This document shows positions 40,636 to 49,371 of a DNA stretch of 64,000 nt, in pieces. The DNA is from a virus. A model generated the notes under the pieces. That model saw nothing but the letters and a program-made list of their open reading frames with translations, was not told where the DNA came from and made no database searches. The DNA lies in IMG/VR virus record IMGVR_UViG_3300007512_000009, positions 32,001 through 96,000 of that record. One strand, 5' to 3'. A program made the translations under genes and the position numbers. How positions within the stretch are numbered: the stretch's first letter is position 1; every line of letters starts with the position of its first letter.

Positions 40636-41289
40636 ATGTTTTTAATAACAGAAACAAATTTAGACAACGTTAAACTTCTTAAAGAAGCCCGTGAAGATGG
40701 TACTCCAGATTACTTCATTGAGGGTATTTTCATGCAGTCTGAAAAGAAGAACAAGAACGGACGTAATTACCCTAAAAACATCCTAATGAAGGAAGTAAAG
40801 CGTTACAACAAAGAGTACGTGAATAACAAACGTGCTTTAGGTGAACTCGGTCATCCAGAGGGACCAACCGTCAATTTAGACCGTGTATCTCACATGATTA
40901 CTGAACTTTATGAAGATGGTAATGACGTTTATGGTCGTGCTAAAATTATGGATACCCCTATGGGTAAAATCGTAAAGAATCTCATCGATGAAGGTGCAAA
41001 TATTGGTGTATCTTCAAGAGGTATGGGTTCATTAAAGAAAAACAATAAGGGTATTAACGAAGTCCAAGATGACTTTATGCTGTCTGCAGTTGACATCGTT
41101 TCAGACCCTTCTGCACCAGATGCCTATGTAAATGGTATCATGGAAGGTAAGGAATGGGTTTGGGATAATGGAATTCTAAAAGCCCAAGATGTCGAACGTC
41201 ATAAAAAACTAGTTGAAGACGCTACTTCTAAGAAAGATAGAGAAGATAGAATCTTATATGCGTTCGTTGATTTTTTGTCAAAGGTGTGA
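40636..41289 (+). CDS. gp21: Prohead protease gp21
   Basis: YFIEGIFMQSE.KN.NGR.YP, ALGELGHP.GPTVNLDRVSH, GVSSRGMGSL, DIV.DPSAPDA.V.GIME. Confidence 0.98.
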   Translation: MFLITETNLDNVKLLKEAREDGTPDYFIEGIFMQSEKKNKNGRNYPKNILMKEVKRYNKEYVNNKRALGELGHPEGPTVNLDRVSHMITELYEDGNDVYGRAKIMDTPMGKIVKNLIDEGANIGVSSRGMGSLKKNNKGINEVQDDFMLSAVDIVSDPSAPDAYVNGIMEGKEWVWDNGILKAQDVERHKKLVEDATSKKDREDRILYAFVDFLSKV

Positions 41290-41293
41290 TTTT

Positions 41294-41301
41294 TATACAT
41301 A
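41294..41301 (+). promoter_or_regulatory. Variant late promoter TATACATA
   Basis: One mismatch to TATAAATA, in the gap upstream of gp22; same variant at 42540 and 59213. Confidence 0.5.
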
Positions 41302-41372
41302 CTAGTGTATATAGAATGTGTATCAATAACACGAAGATGCCTGTAAAATAGGATTAAGAGGAGATATCAATA

Positions 41373-42509
41373 ATGTCCAATCGTAAAAAAGACCCAGTTA
41401 CCCTTGCAAGAGAAATTCTTGAAGGTAAGGGTAAAAAAGTTGAAATAGATGAGGGTCTTAAGAAGGCGCTCAAAGCCGCTTTAGAAAATAAACAAGAAGA
41501 GTTTGATTACGAAGGTAAAATTTATAACGTATCAGACTTCGATGTTGATGAAGCACATGAAGTAATTTATGATGCCGAAAAAGATTCAGGTGGAGAAACA
41601 GTTCCTGCTCCTGAAACTAAGAAGGCACAACAAGCACCCAATGCTAAGAAAAATGTACCAAAACCATCTGATGCGGACGACGAAGATGTAGACGATGCTA
41701 AGAAAGTTAAAGGTCAACCTCAAAAAGAAGGCGTTAAACTTGATATCTATTCAGCAATAGGTAATATTGAAGAATCAGATGATATGGTTGCTTTATTTAG
41801 CGGTGAAGATGGTTTGTCAGAAAGTTTTAAAAATAAAGCAAGAACAATCTTTGAAGTTGCTGTAAAAGCAAAAGTTAAAGATATTGCTGAAGAACTTGAA
41901 AACCAAGCAAACTCAAGAATTTCTGAAATCACAGAAGAAGATAAATCAGATTTAACTGATTCACTCGATGACTACCTATCATACGTAGTAGAAGAATGGG
42001 TTAAAGAAAATCAAGTAGCACTTGACCGTGGTATTAAATCAGATATTGCTGAAAGTTTCATGATGGGTCTTAAGAACCTATTTGAAGCACATTACATCGA
42101 TATGCCAGATGAGAAATTCGATGTAGTTAAGAATCTAGAAGAAAAAGTCGTCACACTTGAAAGCAAGGTGAACGAAGAAATTCAAAGAAATGTTGAACTT
42201 AAGAAAGAACTTAGCAACGCTTCAGTTTCAGAAACATTTACTGAAGTTGCCGAGGGACTTGTTGATACTCAAGCAGAAAAACTGCAAAAACTTGCAGAAG
42301 GTCTTGAATATGACACAGTTGAACAATTTAGAGATAAACTAGAACTTCTTAAAGAGTCATATTTTGGAAGAAATACCTCTTCAAGCGTTAATGTTTTAAA
42401 CGAGGTAGACACCCGACTAGAAGGTGAAAAAGAACCCAAATTTGTTACACCAGATATGAAACGGTATTCACAATACATGAAAAGAGAAGCACAACATAAC
42501 ACGTTTTAA
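41373..42509 (+). CDS. gp22: Prohead scaffold protein gp22
   Basis: LSESFK.KA.TIFE.AV, LDDYLSYVVEEW..EN..A...GI..DI.ESFM.GLK.LF..HYI..P.EK. Confidence 0.95.
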   Translation: MSNRKKDPVTLAREILEGKGKKVEIDEGLKKALKAALENKQEEFDYEGKIYNVSDFDVDEAHEVIYDAEKDSGGETVPAPETKKAQQAPNAKKNVPKPSDADDEDVDDAKKVKGQPQKEGVKLDIYSAIGNIEESDDMVALFSGEDGLSESFKNKARTIFEVAVKAKVKDIAEELENQANSRISEITEEDKSDLTDSLDDYLSYVVEEWVKENQVALDRGIKSDIAESFMMGLKNLFEAHYIDMPDEKFDVVKNLEEKVVTLESKVNEEIQRNVELKKELSNASVSETFTEVAEGLVDTQAEKLQKLAEGLEYDTVEQFRDKLELLKESYFGRNTSSSVNVLNEVDTRLEGEKEPKFVTPDMKRYSQYMKREAQHNTF

Positions 42510-42539
42510 TTGTTAATGGCTTTTCAGAAATTTTTTTGT

Positions 42540-42547
42540 TATACATA
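42540..42547 (+). promoter_or_regulatory. Variant late promoter TATACATA
   Basis: Upstream of the gp23 SD (AGAGGAG). Confidence 0.5.
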
Positions 42548-42593
42548 AATTAGTAGATTAAAAAACTTAATATCAAAAGAGGAGATATTTTAA

Positions 42594-44006
42594 ATGATAC
42601 TTAATGAATTCGCACCCGACCCTACTGCTATTGCTGAGCAGTTAAAGGAAAAATGGTCACCGATTTTGGACCACAATGATGTTGAGCCAATCAAAGACCA
42701 TTATCGGAGAAATGTAACAGCAATATTGCTTGAAAACCAAGAACAAGCAATGATGTCAGATAACATGCTCTTTGAGCAGCCTGCTAATAAAATCGCAGCC
42801 GCACCTACTACTGGTGGTGTTGCAACTTGGGACCCTGTATTAATTTCACTAGTACGTCGTTCAATGCCTAACTTAATGGCATACGATATTTGCGGTGTTC
42901 AACCAATGACTGGACCAACTGGTCTGATTTTTGCTATGAAAGCAAAATACACAAGTCAAGGTGGTACAGAAGCATGGCCAATAAACATTGATACCGACTT
43001 CAGTGGTGCAACTGCAGCCTACGGTGCTGACGGTACAGACCCATTGGGTGCAGGTACAACTCAGGGCCTTGGTGCAACAAATGCCGCTGAGCCTGGAAAT
43101 GGTATGTCAACAACTGCTGTTGAAGGTGAAACTGCATTCAACCAAATGGCATTCGAAATTGCTCGTACATCAGTTACAGCAAAATCACGTGCTTTGAAAG
43201 CAGAATATACAACTGAACTCGCTCAAGATTTGAAAGCAGTTCATGGTCTTGACGCAGAAACTGAACTTGCTAATATTCTTAGCAGTCAAATTCTCTCTGA
43301 AATCAACCGAGAAGTTATTCGTACACTGTATGTAAATGCTAAACTTGGTGCACAAAACAGCGATTTGGTCTACTGCGGTGCTAGTGACTCAGATACATTG
43401 GGTGCAAGTGCAGCCAACTTCGGTGTTAGCACCGCAAGTGGTATCGGTGGTATTTACGACGTGACACTCGACTCAGATGGTCGATGGAGTGCTGAACGAT
43501 TCCGTGGTCTTCTTTTCCAAATCGAAAGAGAATGCAACCAAATCGCTAAAGACACTCGTCGTGGTAAAGGTAACATTGTATTGTGTTCATCAGATGTTGC
43601 ATCTGCACTCGCTATGGGTGGATTCTTGCAACTATCAGGTGGTGATGCAGGTAACTTGAATGTAGACGATATGGGTAATACCCTTGCAGGTACTATCGGT
43701 GGTGGTCGCATTAAAGTTTATGTTGACCCATATGCTACAATTAACTACGTAATTTGTGGTTATCGAGGTTCAGGTGCTTACGATGCTGGAATGTTCTACT
43801 GCCCATACGTCCCACTACAAATGGTACGTGCGGTTGGTGAAAACAGTTTCCAACCTAAGATTGGTTTCAAAACTCGCTACGGATTGGTAAATAACCCATT
43901 CGTTGGTGCGTCATATAGTGACCCAAGTGACAGTACATCAAACCGTCGTAACCAATACTACAGAATTTTCCGAGTTGATTCACTACACGGTGGTCTAACT
44001 GCTTGA
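42594..44006 (+). CDS. gp23: Major capsid protein gp23
   Basis: DPVLISLVRRSMPNLMAYDICGVQPMTGPTGLIFAM, KSRALKAEYTTELAQDLKAVHGLDAETEL, FQPKIGFKTRYG. Confidence 0.99.
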   Translation: MILNEFAPDPTAIAEQLKEKWSPILDHNDVEPIKDHYRRNVTAILLENQEQAMMSDNMLFEQPANKIAAAPTTGGVATWDPVLISLVRRSMPNLMAYDICGVQPMTGPTGLIFAMKAKYTSQGGTEAWPINIDTDFSGATAAYGADGTDPLGAGTTQGLGATNAAEPGNGMSTTAVEGETAFNQMAFEIARTSVTAKSRALKAEYTTELAQDLKAVHGLDAETELANILSSQILSEINREVIRTLYVNAKLGAQNSDLVYCGASDSDTLGASAANFGVSTASGIGGIYDVTLDSDGRWSAERFRGLLFQIERECNQIAKDTRRGKGNIVLCSSDVASALAMGGFLQLSGGDAGNLNVDDMGNTLAGTIGGGRIKVYVDPYATINYVICGYRGSGAYDAGMFYCPYVPLQMVRAVGENSFQPKIGFKTRYGLVNNPFVGASYSDPSDSTSNRRNQYYRIFRVDSLHGGLTA

Positions 44007-44036
44007 TTCTGGTTAATAGTTATTAAATTCAAAATT

Positions 44037-44066
44037 GGGGTGTTCTTTTTGGAACACCCCTTTTTT
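44037..44066 (+). terminator. Rho-independent terminator after gp23
   Basis: GGGGTGTTC, 6-nt loop, GAACACCCC, then TTTTTT. Confidence 0.9.
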
Positions 44067-44067
44067 G

Positions 44068-44075
44068 TATAAATA
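44068..44075 (+). promoter_or_regulatory. Late promoter TATAAATA
   Basis: Exact motif immediately after the gp23 terminator. Confidence 0.75.
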
Positions 44076-44119
44076 CCTAGTAGCAGTTTTTAGTAAATAT
44101 ATGATAGGAGTTCATAAAA

Positions 44120-44359
44120 ATGGCATATGACATGTATAGTAGAGTAGAAACAATAACCCCGCACGACACTGATGGTGAATATGGGTATAAAGGTTTTATA
44201 GTTAATACTGGTGGCACCGCCTATATTGACCCCATGCACAATGGTAACGGTGGGACAAACTGTAAAATAAACCTGACGGCCGGTATTGTCTATCCGATTG
44301 GAATTTCCAGAATTAGAGCAACTGGTACTAGTGCAGAAGGGTTTTTAGGTCTAAAGTAA
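44120..44359 (+). CDS. Head spike-base-like protein (resembles RcGTA Rcc01079 family)
   Basis: ITPHD...KGFIVNTGGT...AGIVYPIGISRIRATGT matches the ITPSD..R..VG.GG..G...PI...RV.ATGT pattern. Confidence 0.6.
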   Translation: MAYDMYSRVETITPHDTDGEYGYKGFIVNTGGTAYIDPMHNGNGGTNCKINLTAGIVYPIGISRIRATGTSAEGFLGLK

Positions 44360-44360
44360 T

Positions 44361-44918
44361 ATGGCGATAACTGCAGGAATAACTGCAGGTGATTTGCCGG
44401 GCGTTCCACCAACTTTACCTGCTGATATAAACTTAAGACAACCTAGCAACAGTAGTTTTCTTCATCCAACTGCTTTTAGGTTTTATGTTAGCAGAGTACC
44501 TGCTGTTACTTATTTCTGTCAAGCAGTAAATATCCCAAGTCTTGAAATCGAAGAAATACCTTTCACCACAACTATGGCAATACACAAAGAAATAGGGGGT
44601 AACGTAGCATATGGTGCCCTTACTGCACGTGTACTAGTAGATGAAAATATGGAAACTTGGAGAGGTATGCACGACTGGATGAGGGATATATCAAAATTCG
44701 ATAACGACCTAGAAATAATTGATGACGAAGACCATAGATGTGACCTCAGGCTGTTGGTGTTGACTAATGGTATGAATGCTAATGTGGAATTTACTTTCAA
44801 ACAATGCTGGCCGTCCTCACTGGGTGAAATTAATTTTGATAGTGCTGTTACAGACCTTGAAAATCTTAGTTTTGATATAACATTTTCTTACAATTCTTTT
44901 TCAGTTAAGAAATTCTAA
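44361..44918 (+). CDS. gp3: Tail completion / sheath stabiliser gp3
   Basis: FLHPTAFRF...RVP.V.YFCQAVNIP, VDENME.W..MH.WM, L.VLTN, WP.SLG..NFD. Confidence 0.92.
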   Translation: MAITAGITAGDLPGVPPTLPADINLRQPSNSSFLHPTAFRFYVSRVPAVTYFCQAVNIPSLEIEEIPFTTTMAIHKEIGGNVAYGALTARVLVDENMETWRGMHDWMRDISKFDNDLEIIDDEDHRCDLRLLVLTNGMNANVEFTFKQCWPSSLGEINFDSAVTDLENLSFDITFSYNSFSVKKF

Positions 44919-44923
44919 CAATA

Positions 44924-44952
44924 TTGATTTAGTCCAGCCATTATGATATAAT
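44924..44952 (+). promoter_or_regulatory. Sigma70-type promoter for uvsY-uvsW
   Basis: TTGATT, 17 nt, TATAAT. Confidence 0.65.
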
Positions 44953-44983
44953 AAAAATCCTAGAAATATTATGGAGAGTGTGT

Positions 44984-45421
44984 ATGGATTTTGATAAATT
45001 GAAAAAAATGGTTGAGAAAGATTCTATTGTGGACGGCACTGAACTTGATATAGAGTCACTAAAGTTACCTCAATTACATAACAAATACCTAAATCTGCTA
45101 CAAGACGAAAAATTGATTTTAAGAAAGTTAGTTTCAGAGAAGAACAATTTGTATCGTCTTAAGTGGGAATATTACACTGGTAAAATGAGCAAGGAAGAAA
45201 TGGATAACCTAGAGTGGGAGCCCTTCCAACTTAACGTTCTTAAAAAAGATATTAACATATATCTAGAATCTGACACAGGGTTGTCTATTATAAGGGACAG
45301 AATTGCTTACCATGAGGTGATATTAGAATTTTTAGAAGAAACTCTTAAAGAATTAAACACAAGACATTGGAAAATTAGAAATGCTATCGAGTGGAGAAAG
45401 TTTACCTCAGGTGGTTTCTAA
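44984..45421 (+). CDS. uvsY: Recombination mediator UvsY (ATG 44984 preferred over GTG 44978)
   Basis: ELDIESLKLPQLHNKYL, KWEYYTGK, YLESD, IRNAIEWRKF..G. Confidence 0.93.
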   Translation: MDFDKLKKMVEKDSIVDGTELDIESLKLPQLHNKYLNLLQDEKLILRKLVSEKNNLYRLKWEYYTGKMSKEEMDNLEWEPFQLNVLKKDINIYLESDTGLSIIRDRIAYHEVILEFLEETLKELNTRHWKIRNAIEWRKFTSGGF

Positions 45422-45423
45422 CA

Positions 45424-46920
45424 ATGATAAAAATCATTAAAAAAGACGATGTAACATTTAAGGTAGAATGTGAAGAAAGAAGTATTATTAAAGAATTATC
45501 TCAATTTTTCACATTTACAGTGCCTGGTGCTGAATATATGCCGGCATACAGGAGCAGAAAATGGGATGGGAAAATAAAACTATTCAATATCCATACACAA
45601 GAGTTGTATGTCGGTTTGCGTAATTACCTAAAGAGATTTTGTGATGATAGAGGGTATGAGTTTGACGATTTTATACAAACAGAATCTAAAAGAAATGCTA
45701 AATTTGAAACAATACGTTCCTATATAGATAATCATTTAAAACCGAATGCATTAGGTAAACCAATAAAAGCACACGACCATCAAATTGATGCGATTCAACA
45801 TGCAATTAATACAAACCGTTGTTCTCTATTATCACCAACTGGTTCTGGGAAAAGTTTAATTATCTATTCGTTGATGCGTTATTATCTAGATAATATCCCA
45901 GAAAACAAAAAAGTCCTTATTATTGTACCCACAACATCTCTTGTTTCTCAAATGTATTCAGACTTTGAAGAATACTCAGAAAAAAACGGATGGGATGTCA
46001 AAAACAACTGTCATATGGTAATGGCGGGGAGAGATAAAACCCACCCAGAAAGACGAGTAATTATTTCAACGTGGCAATCAATTTATAAATTAGACAAAAA
46101 GTATTTTTCTCAATACAATGCAGTTTTTGGTGACGAGTGTCATTTATTTAAATCCAAATCTTTAACATCAATAATGTCTAAAATGACAAACTGTCCGTAC
46201 CGATTCGGTACTACTGGTACTTTAGATGGAACTAAAGTCCATAGATTAGTAATTGAGGGGTTGTTTGGACCAGTATATAAGGTAACATCAACAGAAAATT
46301 TAATTCAAAAAAACATACTATCAGATTTTGAGATTAATTGTGTTCTACTAAAACACCCAGAGGATTTTAGAAAAAAATATAAGCGAGTAACCTATCAAGA
46401 AGAAATGGATGCACTTTTAGACTGTAAAAAAAGAAACGCATTTATTACAAAATTAACTACTTCTCTTAAAGGGAATACTCTAGTATTATTTCAATATGTT
46501 CAGAAACATGGTAGACCGTTATTCGAATCGATTCAGAATCAAGTAAACAACCGAAAAATATTTTTCGTATATGGCAACACCCCCACAGAAATACGAGAAG
46601 ACATACGCAAAATTGTAGAGGAAGAAAACAATGCAATCATCGTCGCATCATATGGAACTTTTTCAACAGGTATCTCTATTAGGAAACTACACAACATCGT
46701 GTTTGCCTCCCCCTCAAAATCAAGAATCCGTGTACTACAATCAATTGGTAGGCAACTTCGGAAGTCTGAACATAAAGAAAAAGCACGGCTATACGATATC
46801 TCAGATGACATACGATGGAAAAAATATAAAAACCACACTTACCGACACTATGAAGAAAGATTAAAAATATACGATTCCGAAAATTTTTCTATAAAAAAGG
46901 CCTTTATAAATATTAAGTAG
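45424..46920 (+). CDS. uvsW: SF2 DNA helicase UvsW (true start likely ATG 45424)
   Basis: WDGKIKLF, SPTGSGKS, IIVPT.SLV.QM, STWQSI, GDECH, GTTGT, STGISI..LHN, LQSIGR.LR. Confidence 0.97.
   Translation: MIKIIKKDDVTFKVECEERSIIKELSQFFTFTVPGAEYMPAYRSRKWDGKIKLFNIHTQELYVGLRNYLKRFCDDRGYEFDDFIQTESKRNAKFETIRSYIDNHLKPNALGKPIKAHDHQIDAIQHAINTNRCSLLSPTGSGKSLIIYSLMRYYLDNIPENKKVLIIVPTTSLVSQMYSDFEEYSEKNGWDVKNNCHMVMAGRDKTHPERRVIISTWQSIYKLDKKYFSQYNAVFGDECHLFKSKSLTSIMSKMTNCPYRFGTTGTLDGTKVHRLVIEGLFGPVYKVTSTENLIQKNILSDFEINCVLLKHPEDFRKKYKRVTYQEEMDALLDCKKRNAFITKLTTSLKGNTLVLFQYVQKHGRPLFESIQNQVNNRKIFFVYGNTPTEIREDIRKIVEEENNAIIVASYGTFSTGISIRKLHNIVFASPSKSRIRVLQSIGRQLRKSEHKEKARLYDISDDIRWKKYKNHTYRHYEERLKIYDSENFSIKKAFINIK
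46905..46912 (+). promoter_or_regulatory. Late promoter TATAAATA
   Basis: Exact motif in the last codons of uvsW, upstream of ORF 46949. Confidence 0.5.
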
Positions 46921-46948
46921 AAGTGTCTAAACAGGAGGCTCTTAACCA

Positions 46949-47518
46949 ATGTCTGAAAACAGAAGTTATAGAATTGTAAGACTGGTAAATGGTGACAAAC
47001 TTATTGCTAAAATTACAGGTTCGAACAAAAGTAAACTATTTTTAGAAAGACCTATGGTTATTGAAGAAATAATCGGTACTCAATCCATTAATTCCCAATT
47101 TGCTATCAAGAGGGAATTCCTTGTATTAGTAAACTGGATAGAATTCTCTAAAAGTAACGTGGTAGGTATACCTAAAGAACACGTACTTACAATATATGAC
47201 CCAGATGAGTTAGTTACAAATGCCTATAATACACAAAAAGAAAGAGAAGACACTGGACTTGATGAGTTAAAATCTCTTCTTTCTGATGAAAACAACGAAT
47301 CATATGATTCCCAGTACCAGTCTGACATTTCAGACATTGTAAACGACATAGTTAATGGTAATATTCAAAATTTCATGATTAAACATGAAGAAAACTCCAA
47401 CGATGAAGATTGGTCTGATATCGATATCGACAAAGGTAGAAATGATTATGGTAATGAATTGAGTGATTGGTCGCCCTATCTCGAAGATTATTTTCGCAAC
47501 GAAGAAGACGAATTTTAA
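46949..47518 (+). CDS. Conserved T4-like hypothetical protein (uvsW-gp55 interval)
   Basis: YRIVRL.NGD.LIA start with acidic C-terminus; position typical of T4-like phages. Confidence 0.65.
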   Translation: MSENRSYRIVRLVNGDKLIAKITGSNKSKLFLERPMVIEEIIGTQSINSQFAIKREFLVLVNWIEFSKSNVVGIPKEHVLTIYDPDELVTNAYNTQKEREDTGLDELKSLLSDENNESYDSQYQSDISDIVNDIVNGNIQNFMIKHEENSNDEDWSDIDIDKGRNDYGNELSDWSPYLEDYFRNEEDEF

Positions 47519-47582
47519 GACTTAAACTTTTTTCACAAAACTACACCAGTATTTATTCATTGTTTCCAAAATTTGTCAAGTA

Positions 47583-47611
47583 TTGACAACTAGGGTCCGT
47601 TGAGGTACAAT
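47583..47611 (+). promoter_or_regulatory. Sigma70-type promoter for gp55-gp47
   Basis: TTGACA, 17 nt, TACAAT; SD AGGAG then ATG 47633. Confidence 0.7.
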
Positions 47612-47632
47612 AAGTACATAAAAGGAGAAGCA

Positions 47633-48259
47633 ATGAGTAAAAAGAAAAAGACAACTACTAGCAAGAAAAAGAAAAATCCTGCACATTATGTTGACAACCA
47701 AGAATTTCATGCGGCCCTATGTGTATGGAAAGATAAAGTTGTTGAAGCAGATGAATGTGGTGAACCTAGACCACCTATTCCCAACTACATAGGTGAATGT
47801 TTTCTAAAAATGTCTGAAGGTTTATCAAGGAGGGCATGTTTTATTAACTACGATTTTAGAGAAGAAATGGTTGGTGATGCTATTGAAAATTGTATACTCT
47901 ATGCACACAATTTTAAAAAAGAAGGTAAAAATCCCTTTGCATATTTTACCCAGATGATGTATTATGCCTTTTTAAGAAGGATACAAAAAGAAAAGAAGCA
48001 AATGTACATTAAATATAAGTTAGTAGAACAATCGGACGAGATGCACAACTACATGGGGTGGAATGACAAAGACCCACATGAGAGGTTGAGTCCCCAAAAA
48101 GTGTTTGGTGTTACTGAAAACGACATAGATAAATTTTCACCAAAAACTAAAAAGAAAGCCAAAAAGAAAGCCAAAAAGAAAACTACCTCTAGTAAGAAGA
48201 AAGTCACAAAGAAGAAGACTAATAACAAAGGTGGCACTTTAGATGATTTTGCTAGTTAA
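47633..48259 (+). CDS. gp55: Late-transcription sigma factor gp55 (start ATG 47633)
   Basis: HYVDNQEF, PNYIGECFLKM.EGLS...FINY.FREEMVGDAIENC..Y..NF, NPFAYFTQ..YYAFLRRIQKEKKQ. Confidence 0.97.
   Translation: MSKKKKTTTSKKKKNPAHYVDNQEFHAALCVWKDKVVEADECGEPRPPIPNYIGECFLKMSEGLSRRACFINYDFREEMVGDAIENCILYAHNFKKEGKNPFAYFTQMMYYAFLRRIQKEKKQMYIKYKLVEQSDEMHNYMGWNDKDPHERLSPQKVFGVTENDIDKFSPKTKKKAKKKAKKKTTSSKKKVTKKKTNNKGGTLDDFAS
48149..48181 (+). repeat. 12-bp tandem repeat encoding KKKA units in the gp55 tail
   Basis: AAAAAGAAAGCC twice plus partial AAAAAGAAA. Confidence 0.7.
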
Positions 48260-48276
48260 TAAGGATATTTTAAAAT

Positions 48277-49341
48277 ATGAAAATTGCTTTAGTCACTGAC
48301 ACCCATTTTGGGGCCCGTAACGATAATCAACTGTTTTTAGATAATTTTACATCGTTTTTTGAAGATATTTTCTTTCCTACCCTGAAAAAATATGACATAA
48401 CTACTGTAATTCATGCGGGAGATTTATTAGATAGAAGAAAATACATTAACTTCAACACTCTTTCAAAAGTTAGAAATAAATTTATGCAACCTTTAAAAGA
48501 CATGAATGTTGAAGTCCACTGTATATTAGGTAATCATGACACCTACTACAAAAATACTAATGATTTGAATTCTATAAAAGAGTTGTTTTCAGACAGATAC
48601 GATAATTTCAAACTTTATGAAAATCCAGTTGCTTTAGAATTTGATGGTATGGAAATAGCATTGTTACCGTGGATAAACAACGAAAATTATAAAAATAGTA
48701 TGGACTTTGTTAATTCAACCAGTGCACAGTGGTTGATTGGACATCTTGAGTTGGATGGATATGAGGTGCTTCGTGGTATCAAATACGACGGTGGAATGAG
48801 TCCCAAGAATTTTAGCAGATTTGAACAAGTTTTAAGCGGTCATTTTCATTGTAAACAAGAAAAAGGTAACATAATATATTTGGGTGCACCTTATCAGATT
48901 ACATTTTCAGATGTGAATGAACCTAAAGGTTTTTGGATTTTAGACACCGACACTAGAGAATTAGAGTTTATTAAAAACGACCAGAAGTTATTTTATACTT
49001 TAAGTTATGATGATATCAAATATGACTATAGTAAATTTATTTCTGAAAATCACCCTAAATATAGGGATACATATGTAAAAATTTATGTAATAAATAAAGA
49101 AAAACCCTACATTTTAGATAGAGTTATAGATTCTTTATATAATAGCGGTGTTTATGATTTAAGTATAGTTGAGGATGTAGATAATACAATAACCAATAGT
49201 ATAGACAGTCAAAAGGTAGACATTACCAAATCTACACTTGAGTTAATTTATGAAGAAGTAGATAATCTTGAAGATATTAAAGATTCTAACACAGTAAAAC
49301 AACTAATTAAAGAACTTTATATGGAATCTTTAACGGTATAA
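48277..49341 (+). CDS. gp47: Recombination endonuclease subunit gp47 (Mre11/SbcD-like)
   Basis: TDTHFGAR, HAGDL.DRRK, GNHD.YYK, GHLEL.G, SGHFH, YLGAPY. Confidence 0.97.
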   Translation: MKIALVTDTHFGARNDNQLFLDNFTSFFEDIFFPTLKKYDITTVIHAGDLLDRRKYINFNTLSKVRNKFMQPLKDMNVEVHCILGNHDTYYKNTNDLNSIKELFSDRYDNFKLYENPVALEFDGMEIALLPWINNENYKNSMDFVNSTSAQWLIGHLELDGYEVLRGIKYDGGMSPKNFSRFEQVLSGHFHCKQEKGNIIYLGAPYQITFSDVNEPKGFWILDTDTRELEFIKNDQKLFYTLSYDDIKYDYSKFISENHPKYRDTYVKIYVINKEKPYILDRVIDSLYNSGVYDLSIVEDVDNTITNSIDSQKVDITKSTLELIYEEVDNLEDIKDSNTVKQLIKELYMESLTV

Positions 49342-49371
49342 TTAAAGAAAAATGGAAAAAGGTAGCAATTA

